64,000 bases of DNA. Origin: Octopus sinensis. Taxonomy: Eukaryota. A program made the position numbers and the translations under genes. The DNA lies in contig NC_043024.1 of NCBI RefSeq assembly GCF_006345805.1, positions 17,980,001-18,044,000 on the forward strand, given 5' to 3'. Below, in pieces: positions 24,003 through 36,639 of the stretch. Position 1 is the first letter of the stretch, and every line of letters begins with the position of its first letter. The notes beneath the pieces are model-generated. The model saw only the letters and a program-made list of their open reading frames with translations, did no database searches and was not told the origin of the DNA.

Positions 24003-24130
24003 TTATCAGTCTATCTATCTTTCTATCTGTCTATTTATCTGTCTATCTCTATCTACCTATCTCTTTCATTTTCTCTATATGTCTGTCATTTTTTAATCTA
24101 TCTAGTTATGTTTCTATTAATCTATCTATT
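23200..24130. repeat. (TATC)n/(TGTC)n compound tetranucleotide tract
   Basis: Seen directly; includes a ~90-bp tandem duplication at 23187/23277. Confidence 0.95.
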
Positions 24131-24137
24131 CCTCTCT

Positions 24138-24183
<46 letters not shown>

Positions 24184-24735
24184 ACACTACTTTGAGAGAA
24201 GCTTCATGTTGAACCTCTCACAAAGTCCCCCACTTCCAAGACAGAGAACAGGGTTGACATTATTTACAACCCATCATTTTTTGAACTCAGAACATAGACC
24301 AACAAAATGCTGCTAACCATTCTGCCAGCTCACCTTGATAATAAAAATAATAATAATGGTTTCTAATTAAGGCACAAAGCAACTGGTTTGGAGAGGGTGG
24401 TTAGTTGATACCATTGACCCTTGTCGACTTATAACTTTAATGAGAGATGAAAGGGATAGTTGATCATACAAGGATTTGAACTCAGACTATAAAAGCCAGA
24501 AGAAATACAGCAAGGCTTTTTATTGCATGTGTGTGTGTGTGAGCTTGTATATATACACCACACAAAACACACAAGCACTTACATATGTGTTTACACACAT
24601 ATATATGTATTAAAAGAAGCCCATCATATGTAAATAATACAGTGAGTAATTCATTTTAGTATAACTAAATTAAATTTCTCTCCCCTGTGGACTCGGAAAT
24701 AACTTTCCTAATATTAATATTAAATATATATGGTG

Positions 24736-24818
<83 letters not shown>

Positions 24819-25094
24819 GTGTGTGTATATGTATGTATTTGTGTGTCTGTGTTCCCCCCCCCACCCCCATCAGTGCTTGACAACCAATGTTGGCATGTTT
24901 ACACCCCATAACTTAGCGGTTCAGCAAAGAGGCTGACAGAATAAGTACTAAGTTTACAAAGAATAAATCCTGGGGTCAATTTGTTCAACTAAAGGTGGTG
25001 CTCCAGCATGGCCACAATCAAATGACTGAAACAAGTAATAGAAATAAAAGAAAATATCTATCTATCTATATATATATATAGTTATAGATTCTTT

Positions 25095-25285
25095 TCTACT
25101 CTAGGTACAAAGCCCAAAATTATGGGGAAGGGAGCCAGTCGATTAGATCGACCCTAGTATGCAACTGGTACTTAATTTATTGACCCCAAAATGAAAGTTG
25201 ACCTCAGCGAAATTTGAACTCAGAACGTAAAGACAGATGAAATACCGCAAAGCATTGCACCCGGCATGCTAACGTTTCTGCCTTA
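25095..25285 (-). mobile_element. SINE family B
   Basis: Homologous to 13425-13612. Confidence 0.8.
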
Positions 25286-25309
25286 TAGATACAAATATAT
25301 TGAGAAGAA

Positions 25310-25545
25310 GACCCATGAAGCTGAGCACAGTCATGACAGATACCAGTGTCATGCAAATGGCATGTGAAAACACCCATTACACTCTTGGAGTGGTTGGTGT
25401 TAAGAAGGGCATCCAGCTATAGAAAACCATGCCAAATCAGACTGGAGTCTGGTGCAGCCTTCCACAACCCACCAGCCCTGATCAAACCATCCAACCCATG
25501 CCAGCATGGACAACAGACCTTAAATTATGATGATGATGATGATGG
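25310..25545 (+). mobile_element. RTE 3' end fragment
   Basis: GAAGGGCATCCAGCTATAGAAAACC..CCATCCAACCCATGCCAGCATGG..(GAT)n. Confidence 0.8.
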
Positions 25546-26457
25546 TGGTGGTTATATATATGTGAACATTTATTTTGCTTTGTTTATTAGTGGTTCAATG
25601 AGGTCACCTCTGTAAGTTTTGGAAGAGAATCTATGACAATTCAGGTTACAGTGAATACACACTCTCAATAGATAGAGAAGTGAATATGGCCCCAGTCCAA
25701 ATTTTTGTGGACAAAATGACAGATTAAAAATGAAAATAATATGCAAACCGAAAGAACTAATAAATGATCATGGTTATAACAGGAAGAAAAAAAGAATTAA
25801 TTAAATAAATACAATTATATAAAAAAAATTACAATTTCATGAAGAGATACAGTTATTAAAGCATTACAATTAACTGAACAGATACAGTTATAAAATTACC
25901 ATTTACATGCATTTTTATCATTTGTACTTCACAGCAACAAAAACACAAATTTGAATGACAATAGTAATAAAGTTATTGCATCAAGTGTTTGTCTTTTGCA
26001 AGTGTTGTAAGCCACAAAGAGGTATTAGACATGACTCATAAAAGAGAGTAATTCCTTGTGTATTTTTTTAGTATTTAAACTGGCCATGTTAAGTTAAAAT
26101 ATTCTATCTAGTTTACATTCAAACTAACCAGATCCTGCCACTCATACTTATCCCACAATGTCTTTTGAAAAATAAACACAACATCAAAATCTTGCCGCTA
26201 GAAGATAATGCATAATAAATTAAAAACAAATTAAATAAATAAGCATTACGTTTGGCAGAATAATTTTAATGCTAAAATCCCTTTTTTTTCTTCTTGTTTC
26301 AATCACTAAACTGTGGCAATGCTAGGGCACCAGCTTGAGGAATTTTAGTCAAACAAATCAACCCCAGTACTTATATATATATGTATATGTATATATGCAT
26401 GTATGTTGTAAGTATGTATGTATGCATGTATGTATGTATGTATGTATGTATGTATGC

Positions 26458-26497
<40 letters not shown>

Positions 26498-26764
26498 GTA
26501 TGTATGCATGTATGTATGTATGCATGTATGTATGTATGTTTGTATGTGTGTGTGTACATCTGTGTTTGTACCCCCACCATCACTTGACAACCAATGCTGG
26601 TTTGTTTACATCCCCGTAACCTAGCAGCTTAGCAAAAGGGACAGATAAAATAAATACTAGACTTACAAAGAATAAGTCCTGGGGTCGATTTGTTCGATTA
26701 AAGGTGGTGCTACAGCATGGCCACATTCAAATGACTGAAACAAGTAAAAGAAAAAAAAGAAAAT

Positions 26765-27125
26765 AGGTGCAGTTATGGCTGTATGGTAAGAGACTTGCTT
26801 CCCAACCACACGGTTCCAGGTTCAGTCCCATACACAGCATCTTGGGCAAATGATTTCTACTATAATCTTGGGCTGACCAAAGCGATTTGAGTGAATTTGG
26901 TAAGCGGAAACTGAAAGAAGCCCACTGTGTGTATGTGTGTAAGTCTGCATTTGTCCCCCTACCGGTGCTTGACAACCAGTGCTGGTGTGTTTACTTAACT
27001 TAGCAGTTCAGCCAAAGAGACTGATAGAATAAGTACCAGGTTTATAATAAATAAGTACTAGGGTTTAATTCATTTGTCTAAAAATTTTCCAAGGGGCTGC
27101 TCCAGCATGGCCACAGTCGAATAAG
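26765..27125 (+). mobile_element. SINE family A, full length
   Basis: Head ATGGCTGTATGGTAAG..GGTTCAGTCCC; tail CTCCAGCATGGCCACAGTC. Confidence 0.85.
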
Positions 27126-27473
27126 ATAACAGATATATGCATTCATATTAATATATATATATATCTATATATATAATATATATATATACACGCATACATA
27201 CATACATATACATACATATATATATTATATATATATATATATATACACACTCACATATATATACATATATATATATATACAACACATGCATATACTCATG
27301 TGTGTGTGTGTATACACATAGATGAACTCAATGATATGAAATTTTGAAGACCAAGAAATAACAATAGTGAGGATAATGATAAATAAATATATACATATAT
27401 GTAAATGTATGCACACCCATTCACATATACATACATAAATATATATATATATATATTTATGTATGTATATGTG

Positions 27474-27510
<37 letters not shown>

Positions 27511-28021
27511 TGTACATGTGTGTATAGAGAGGTACATAGATATATACATATATATATATATTATTATATAATATAATTATATATATATAATATATATATA
27601 TATATGCATATGCATGTGTGAATATATTAACATATGTATGTGTAGAAAAGAGAGAAAAAAGGTTTACAATAGTTATTATAGAATGCATTCATTGATTTGT
27701 TTGAAGCCGAAGTTTATTGAATTCCAAAGTTGATTGACTTCAATAACATTGGTTGGTGAAAGTTCTACGGAACCGGAAGATCAGAATAACAACAACAACC
27801 ACAGCAACAGTATAAGAGTGATGCTTTGGTTTGGAACAAATATATATGTGGGTGTGTATATATCGACATATATGTGTGTGTATGAATGTATGCGTGTATA
27901 TGTACACGTGTGTGTGTATATATATATATTTATGTACATATGTGTGTGTATGTGTATGTATGCATATATGTGTCTGTGTGTAAGTATATATATATATATA
28001 TATACCTGTGTGCTTTCCTGT

Positions 28022-28058
<37 letters not shown>

Positions 28059-28201
28059 CATACATACTTACATACACACACACATACACACATGCATGTA
28101 TAGTATAAGAGTGATGCTTTGGTTTGGAACAAATGTATATGTGGGTGTGTGTGTATGTATATATTTATGTACATATGTGTGTGTACGCATATATGTGTAT
28201 G

Positions 28202-28244
<43 letters not shown>

Positions 28245-29458
28245 CTGCGTGCTTTCATGTGTTTATATATATATATATATTCACATACATACTTACACAC
28301 ACAGACACACACGCATATATGCATACATGTATAGCACGTATGTGTATATAGGTGCATATATGTATGTGTGTGTGGATATCTATGTCTGTATACATACACA
28401 CACACATGTATATATAAATATACATATATATATATATATAATGTACATCTGTGTATATAAACATCTGTGTGTGTATATACATATTTATCCATATGTGTAT
28501 GTGTGTGTTTATACATGCATATGATGTAAGTAAAGCTGTATTGTGCAAACAAATGAGAGAAAAAGTAAAAACAACTAACCAACTGTCCATTAGATGTGAA
28601 GGTACTCAATGTATTTATTTGACAAAGTTGAATGATAACCAGGCATACTTCGCAGGAATTTTGCATAGGTATCACAGAAATGCTTAGACATTGCAAAACT
28701 GTAAATGTCAGATACAGAGATATTAAACTTGTGCAAAACAGGAACTCTTTTAAGTATTGCCAGAGACAAGACAGCCTCTCTAGTGCTGGTGCCTCTATGA
28801 AGTACACCTTGCAATGTTTTGTGATATGGTCGGTGACAGGAAGAGCATCCAACTGTTAAAACTGTGGTTAAAGTGGGACCATAGGTGTATGACTTTGTCT
28901 TCAGCCTGTCTTGGAGTGTAGGAATTCCTTATAAGAGTTGATTGAAACAGAAAGTGGTGGTGGTGGGGATTTGAATAAAGAAAGAAATGATGGAAAAAAT
29001 GTAAGAAAAAAAGAAAGAAAAAAAGAAAAGAAAAGGTGAAAGAGAAAGAAAGAAAGCAATACGGAGAAAGTGAGCCAAATATACATGAGGATGGGGTGGG
29101 AAAAGGGGTGGATACAGGGTTTGGGGTTGGGAAAGAGTGGAGAGATGTAGTCAGTGGGGTGGAGAGAGAAGTGTATGGTAATTGACTAATCAACCATTTG
29201 GTGATAATTAAGTGGAAATGAAATAGCAGTGGTGGTGGTGGTGGTGGGTGTTGTAGTAGTGGTGGTGCTGTAGGCTGTGTTGGCAGTGGTGATGGTAGTA
29301 GTAGTAATAGTAGTAGTAGTAGTAGTAATGGTTGCCATTGTGGTGGTGGTAGTGTTGGTTATTATTTGTGGTGTTATTTGGGATGATGATGATGGTGATT
29401 GTGGGTTTGATGGTTGTTATGATGGCGATGATGTCAATCATGGCTGTGATGGTGATGG

Positions 29459-29490
<32 letters not shown>

Positions 29491-29818
29491 GACAAGAGAG
29501 CCTAGCGTATTTTCTGTTAAGATTGCATTGTTTGAGTAAGACACTCTGTTCTAGTGAGAGGTTGATGGTTTTGTGTATGTGTGTGTGCGACCATGTGTGT
29601 GTGTGCATGTGTGTGAGTGTGCGTGTGTGTGTGTTACGAGAAGGAAATTACACGATTATAAAAAGTTGGCGTTGAGCTGAGAGAAGGAGCAGAAAGCATG
29701 CGATGGAGGTTTGTAAGCAAAACAGATATCACGCAATATATACATGCATATATATATATATATATAGACACACACACACACATATATACATCCATACATA
29801 TATGCACATATACCTAGG

Positions 29819-29857
<39 letters not shown>

Positions 29858-30283
29858 GTATGTATATCTACATATATGTATGTACACCCACTCATACATA
29901 TACACACAACCATATTTATACATGCTTATATGCATACATACATTCTCACACACATACACCCACACATATATATATTTGCCATTTTATTATTTCCTCACGC
30001 TAAGATTTTATGATATTTGCCCACAAGTTGGCCATGTAATGCCAGCGACTTCCTTCTGTTTAACAATGCCATTCCTAACCAAAATGTTTTTTAGTATTGT
30101 TGTTGTGACATTTGTCATTGTTTTTTTTTGTTTGCTGTAACTGTATTTTTTTGTTATTGTTGTTGTTTAGCTCCCATCAAGCTAACTTATGCTCAAAGCC
30201 CTTTCCAAAAATGACCACCATGTCTTTTCATTATGTTCAAACAAAGCAAGGGCCACACAACATTTTATGTGCTCCCATTTTGT

Positions 30284-30516
30284 TTAACCCTTTTGTTACC
30301 GTATTTCTTCTGTTGAGATGCTCTCTGTTTCTTTCAGTTAAATTTAAACATAACAGAGTATTTAGTAAAATTACTTAGTTATCATTAAGCTAGTGTTAGG
30401 AATATAAATTGTGAGTAAGGAATGGTGGAAGATTTTAATTCAAAACTTATGAAAACAAGATGTTTGTACAACAGAGCCAGAGGCTGTTTCAGCTGGGTTG
30501 GTATCAAAAGGGTTAA
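30284..30516. mobile_element. piggyBac-type MITE (225 bp plus TTAA flanks)
   Basis: TTAA-CCCTTTTGTTACC ... GGTATCAAAAGGG-TTAA. Confidence 0.85.
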
Positions 30517-30539
30517 GAATTGTTTCTCTTTTATATATT

Positions 30540-30651
30540 TTAACCCTATCGTTACCATATTTCTGTTGAGATGCTCTGTGTTTCCGAAAACAAGATGTCT
30601 GTACTACAGAGCCAGAGGCAGTTTTAGCTGGGTTGGTATTGAAAGGGTTAA
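30540..30651. mobile_element. piggyBac-type MITE, short form (104 bp)
   Basis: TTAA-CCCTATCGTTACC ... GGTATTGAAAGGG-TTAA; internal deletion relative to 30284-30516. Confidence 0.85.
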
Positions 30652-31118
30652 GATGATAAGGTGTGATTTCAAGAAGATTTAGCATGCCAGAAAAGCCTGA
30701 AAGCGATGTGCTCCCTTTAGGGGCTGGTGAAATTTTAAGTTGCACATAACCATATCAAACTGTTTTTAAATAATACATGTAATCTCAGCTCAATGTATTG
30801 AATTTCTTTTTCTTTTGTTTGTCCACTCGCTCGTGTGTGTGATTATATGATGTATTTTACATCTATATGCGTGTATATGTGTGTATGTATATATATTTAT
30901 ATAAATGCATATATACATATAGCCACCTGGTTTTATTTTTTAAATTTCTCACCAATAATGAAAGAAGTGGTTAAAAAATGTCCGTTTTCATAAGAATTTA
31001 AACATCAACTGGGCAGTGTGTGTCTGTGTGTATGTGTGAATGAGTAACTGTGTGTGTGTATGTGTGTATGCTTATATATGTGTGTTTGTATGTATATATA
31101 TCTATATCTATCTATCTA

Positions 31119-31169
<51 letters not shown>

Positions 31170-31359
31170 GGTAAAATATATGTATATATAAATGGTGGTT
31201 TATATACATATATACATGCATGTATTTGTGTGTGTGTGTGTATGTAAAAATTGTGGTTTGTACATATATATAATATATATATATATAGAAATACGGTGGT
31301 GCCCCAGCATGACTGCAGCTTTAAAGCTGAAACAAGTTGAAGTGTTAAAGAGTATATAT

Positions 31360-33203
31360 ATCATCATCATCATCATCATCGTTTAACGTCCGCTTTCCAT
31401 GCTAGCATGGGTTGGACGGTTCAACTGGGGTCTGGCAAGCCCGAAGGCTGCACCAGGCCAGTCAGATCTGGCAGTGTTTCTACAGCTGGATGCCCTTCCT
31501 AACGCCAACCACTCCGAGAGTGTAGTGGGTGATTTTATGTGCCACCGACACAGGTGCCAGACGAGGCTGGCAGACGGCCACGCTCGGATGGTGTTTTTTA
31601 TGTGCCACCGACACAGGTGCCAGACGAGGCTGGCTGACGGCCACGCTCGGATGGTGTTTGTTACGTGCCCTCAGCACGGAGGCCAGTCGTTGCGGTACTG
31701 GCTACGATCACGTTCGGATGGTTTTCTTATGTACCACCGGCACTGGTACCACAAGGATACAAATTCCATTGATGTTCATCTATTTTGATTTGGTTCGATT
31801 TGATTTGATTTGATTCGATTCTCACTTGCCTCAACAGGTCTTCACAAGTGTCACAAGAAGGAAGGTATGCACAGGTGGACTGACTACGTCCCAGGTAGGG
31901 GCCACGGATTATGGCTTCACTAGTCTTGCCGGGTCTTCTCACGCACAGCATACTTCCATAGGTCTCGGTCTCTAGTCATTTCCATGGTGAGACCTAACGT
32001 CCGAAGGTCGTGCTTCACCACTTCGTCCCAGGTTTTCCTGGGTCTACCTCTTCCACGGGTTCCCTCAACTGCTAGGGATTGGCACTTTCTCACACACCTA
32101 TCTTCATCCATTCTCGCCACATGACCATACCAGCGCAATCGTCTCTCTTGCACACAACAACTGATGCTTCTTAGGTACAACATTTCTCTCAAGGTACTAA
32201 CGCTCTGTCGAGTAAGTACACTGACATTACACATCCATCGGAGCATACTGGCTTCGTCCTCACAAGCTTACGCATGTCCTCAGCAGTCACGGCCCATGTT
32301 TCACTGCCATGTAGCATAGCTGTTCGTACACATGCATCATACAGTCTGCCTTTTACTCTGAGCGAGAGGCCTTTAGTCACCAGCAGAGGTAAGAGCTCCC
32401 TAAACTTTGACCAGGCTATTCTTATTCTAGCAGTTACACTTTCAGCGCACCCGCCCCCACTACTGACTTGGTCTCCTAGATAGCGGAAGCTATCAACTAC
32501 TTCTAGTTTTTCCCCCCGGAAAGTGAAAGTGACGGAAGTTGTTTTCTGCAGATTTTCGGAGGTCAATGCTCCAGAGCATCTGCCACATACAAAAACTATC
32601 TTCCCAGTTAGCCTACCTTTGACATTGCTGCACCTCTTATGTGTCCATAGCTTACACTGGGTACATCTTATAGAGTTTCTACCTACACCTTTTTACAGAC
32701 ATCGAGCAGGGCCATCTTCCTGAGGATATTTGTGGATTTTCTAACTTTCTACTTATTAGTACTTTGGTTTTAGCTAGGTTGACTCTAAGGCCCCTCGATT
32801 CTAAACCCTCCTTCACACCTGGAACTTCTCCTCCAGTTCTGATAGTGACTCAGCGATTAGAGCGAGGTCGTCAGCATAGAGGAGCTCCCAGGGGCAACCT
32901 GTCTTGAATTCCTCCACAATTGCCTGGAGGACTATGATAAATAGGAGGGGGCTGAGTACTGAACCTGGTAGACCCCAACCTCTACCTTGAATTCTTCTGT
33001 GTACATGCTGCCAACTCTAACCTTACTTACGGCATCTCTGTACATGGCTTGCACAGCCCTCACCAGCCATTCATCTATCCCTAGTTTCCTCATTGACCAC
33101 CAGATGAGGGATCGGGGGACCCTATCAAAGGCTTTCTCCATGTCAACGAAAGCCAGGTACAGGGGCTTATCTTTGGCTAGGTATTTCTCCTGCAGCTGCC
33201 AAA
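31360..33203 (-). mobile_element. RTE-clade LINE, longest copy (RT domain to 3' tail)
   Basis: AFVDMEKAFDRVPR, QGSVLSPLLF, LLYADDL, YLGDQV, LRWYGHV and GRPRKTW motifs; frameshifted; (GAT)n tail. Confidence 0.95.
31920..33203 (-). pseudogene. RTE ORF2 reverse transcriptase remnant (frameshifted)
   Basis: ORF pieces 32932-33141, 32189-32566 and 31920-32246, plus the in-between RT motifs read manually. Confidence 0.9.
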
Positions 33204-33286
33204 AAATCTAAGCGTGCATATATGTACTGTATATATGAGTATATGTACGTACATGTGCATCTGTGTGTATGTATATATCAATGTAA

Positions 33287-33321
<35 letters not shown>

Positions 33322-33483
33322 AATCTATGCATGCATATATAAATCTCTATGATATTACTCATTTCTCTCTCTCTCTCTCTCTCTCTCTCGATATATGTAT
33401 ATATATAAATATATGTAGGTCCCGGGTTGATTCGGGGTTAACCACAGTAAATAAGGTACTCAATACATAGCAGAGTAAAATTA

Positions 33484-33571
33484 ATTTATTATATAGATGG
33501 AGCTTCTACAGGACTAGAACTGTTTCATTCAAATGAAACAGTTCTAGTCCTGTAGAAGCTCCTTCTATAAA

Positions 33572-33577
<6 letters not shown>
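33484..33577. repeat. Hairpin with 46-bp arms and 2-nt loop
   Basis: GGAGCTTCTACAGGACTAGAACTGTTTCATT-CA-AATGAAACAGTTCTAGTCCTGTAGAAGCTCC. Confidence 0.9.
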
Positions 33578-33627
<50 letters not shown>

Positions 33628-34007
33628 TAAGATATAAGTTAGAGATTATGCAACCATCTAAGGGATAGTTGTATCCATAGGCACTCCTGATATATTACAT
33701 CAGTATATATAGACCTCATTATAAGGTATACAATAGTAGGTAAGTTAAAGGTAAAAACCGTGGTTTCAATATAAAGACGATAAAAAATGGACCAATATGA
33801 CTTTAAAACACATATGATCTACTTCTCATTGTAATTATTGCTCCATTTCTAATTGTCTTATATATATAGTATTATATATATATATTATATCTATATATTA
33901 TATATATATATATATATAATGTATATATATATATATATGATAATTATATATATATATATGCTAGTATATAGTATATATATGTATATATATATATATATGT
34001 ATATATA

Positions 34008-34047
<40 letters not shown>

Positions 34048-34702
34048 AGAGTAATTATGAGCAGTATATCAAAGGATATCCTTTAATACAGGGCAACTCG
34101 TTAGCACTCTTAAAGAGTACTAAGAGTATAGGCAAGAGTGGAAAACAAATTTCAACGGTTAAGTCCCTTTATCAGATTAAATCACTTCACATCATAGCCA
34201 TATTCATATACTGTATCAGTTCAAGTACAAATATGCAAATCATGAAAATGTATAATACAGAAATATACCTGCATTAAAATATTCAGTGTTAAGCATTCAA
34301 ATTTTACAAATCGCTGACAAGGTTGGACAGTAGGATTCCAAGGAGTGATGGTGTATAATGAATTAAGATGTATCTTTAGTGAGGACATATTCTTATGATC
34401 ATTTTGAAAAATTTGTGTTTGAAATAGGCGAGTCTTCCATCCATCAGAATTGACCACATTTCTCTCATCAGGGGTACATCAAAGATTTAAAGGAGTTCAA
34501 AATATTATATAATTTTGAAACATGACAGCGTTTTAAGATATTAAAATTTTATAAAGATTTGGTAAAAAGCTGAAAAATATGAGAATTTTCATAAAATTAC
34601 AGATGTTGAATCAAAGAAGCATATTGTTCATGCAAGAGGAGTGAAGGGTTCAAATTAAAACTAAGTTAAATGTTTAAATAAACTATTAGATTATTGATGA
34701 AC

Positions 34703-35073
34703 AGGCATAGGAGTGGCTGTGTGATAAGTAGCTTGCTTACGAACATGGTTCCAGGTTCAGTCCCACAGCGTGGTACCTTGGGCAAGTGTCTTCTACTATA
34801 GCCTCGGGCTGACCAAAGCCTTGTGAGTGGATTTGGTAGATGGAAATTGAAAAATGCCTGTCATATATATGTGTGTGTGTGTATGTGTCTGTCCCCCCAA
34901 CATCACTTGACAACCGATGCTGGTGTGTTTACGTCCCCATAACTTAGCGGTTCGGCAAAACAGACCGATAGAACAAGTACTAGGCTTACAAAGAATAAGT
35001 CCTAGGGTCGATTTGCTCGACTAAAGGTGGTGCTCCAGCATGGCCACAGTCAAATGACTGACACAAGTAAAAA
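34703..35073 (+). mobile_element. SINE family A, full length
   Basis: A box GTGGCTGTGTGA, B box GGTTCAGTCCC, central (TG)n, tail CAAATGACTGACACAAGTAAAAAG. Confidence 0.9.
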
Positions 35074-35490
35074 GATTATATTAACAATTTTAGGGTGAGT
35101 CTAGGGACATGAAAGGCTGATGGGATTAACTCCACGCTTTGGCTATTAAAAAATTTTTTAAATATCATACAATATAAAAATTTGATTGTGTTTTATAAAA
35201 ATCACTTAATTGAGAACATTTACGTGATAGGTTGATGTATTTCACACTCGGAACTTGGTTCATTTAAATAAAGTATCAATGAATTAAGATATGTGTTTAA
35301 GCCTTTATAAAAATTCATTTAAGTCAAATGAAGTGAACTGAAGGCGGAGACTGAAATTTTGTAAGCTGTTTAAGATAAAACCATGTTCGTAGGTTCAGAA
35401 TTCTGATTTAGTTATTTTCTGAAGAATTTAAATAGATAAAAAATTTGTTCTCCATTCTTGCCTATATATATATATATATATATATATATA

Positions 35491-36595
35491 CGAGGGGCGT
35501 TCAATAAGTAATACCTCTGACCCACCTCTAATTGTTTGATCTAGCTGAAATTTTGCATGTGCAATTATTCATATCTCTATAGATTAAGTAGCAAATTACA
35601 GCTCTGAACTAATTGTGGTTTCTGATTTACATGTGTTTGAACTGAGTCAAGTGTGAAATGGAGCCTGTTGAGTGTCGAGCAGTGATTGGTTTTTGTATTT
35701 GAAAGAACGCACACCACGGGAGACTTTTGATGAAATGAAAGTAACTTATGGTGATGATGCCCCATCATATGACCTTGTAAAACGCTGGCATCGTGAATTC
35801 AAACATGGTCGGAACTCTGTGGAAACAGCTCCCAGGTCTGGTCGCCCCCTTCCAGAAGTAAGAACGTGTCGAGTGCTCGAGGATGAATTTGAAGATGTGC
35901 CAAGAAGATGAGACAAAATTTTTCAAAAGACTGATTACACAGGATGAAACATGGGTCCATCACTATTATCCAGAGACCAAAGCCCAGTCAATGCAGTGGA
36001 AGCACCGTGACTCACCTCCTCTAAAGAAGGCAAGGGTGCAGCCCTCCACTGGCAAGGTCATGCTCACAGTCTTCTGGGACCAGGACGGAGTAGTGATGAC
36101 AGATTTCCTGGCAAAGGGTACCACAATTACAGGAGCCTATTATGCTTCACTTTTGAGGAAATTGAGAGAAGCTATCAAAATCAAGAGGCTGGGCAAGATC
36201 AGCAAAGGCATCCTCCTCCTGCAGGACAACGCTCCGGTCCACAACTCTCTTGTCGCCTGATCAGAAGCACAGGCGTGCGGCTATGAACTCCTCCCCATCC
36301 CCCTACTCTCCTGACCTTGCACCCTCTGATTTTCACCTCTTCCCAGTTATGAAGTTGTTTTTGAAAGGAAAGTGTTTCCCAGATGATGCAGCCTTGATCT
36401 CTGAAGTCACGTCATGGTTGGAGGACCAAGCTGGGGTCTTCTACAAAAACGGTCTCCAGAGCTGCATCAAACAATGGGAGAAATGCGTAACTCTGGGTGG
36501 TTCCTATGTAGAAAAAGACTAATAACTGTGCTAAGTTTTGTTGCTCTACTGCTATGGGAAGTGGGTCAGGGGCATTACTTATTGAATGCCCCTCG
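35491..36595 (+). mobile_element. mariner (DD34D) DNA transposon, internally deleted, 1105 bp
   Basis: TIRs CGAGGGGCGTTCAATAAGTAAT / ATTACTTATTGAATGCCCCTCG, TA at both flanks, transposase motifs present. Confidence 0.97.
35658..36522 (+). pseudogene. mariner transposase pseudogene
   Basis: ATG 35658 MEPVECRAV; HTH ..PRSGRP; catalytic ITQDETW, LLQDNAPVH, YSPDLAPSDFHLF. It has frameshifts, a TGA at 36258-36260, and lacks the second HTH/WVPREL region. Confidence 0.95.
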
Positions 36596-36639
36596 TATAT
36601 ATATATTATATATAATATATATATATATATATATGTATA

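Noticed and set aside
27740-28852. 370-aa ORF, the longest in the track
   Set aside because: About two thirds is microsatellite translation and the N-terminus is an antisense RTE-tail remnant.
29996-30073. Minus-strand exon candidate (MALLNRRKSLALHGQLVGKYHKILA|GTGAGG) phase-compatible with 28698
   Set aside because: The upstream acceptor region is A-rich with no polypyrimidine tract.
31530-31750. CRISPR-like repeat-spacer pattern
   Set aside because: It lies inside a eukaryotic RTE 3' UTR, the spacers are homologous to each other, and there are no cas genes. It is reported as a stem-loop array instead.
34142-34180. Minus-strand hammerhead-like CTGATAA..GAAAT..GTT
   Set aside because: C3-A8 mismatch, broken helices II and III and no helix I make it too degenerate to call.
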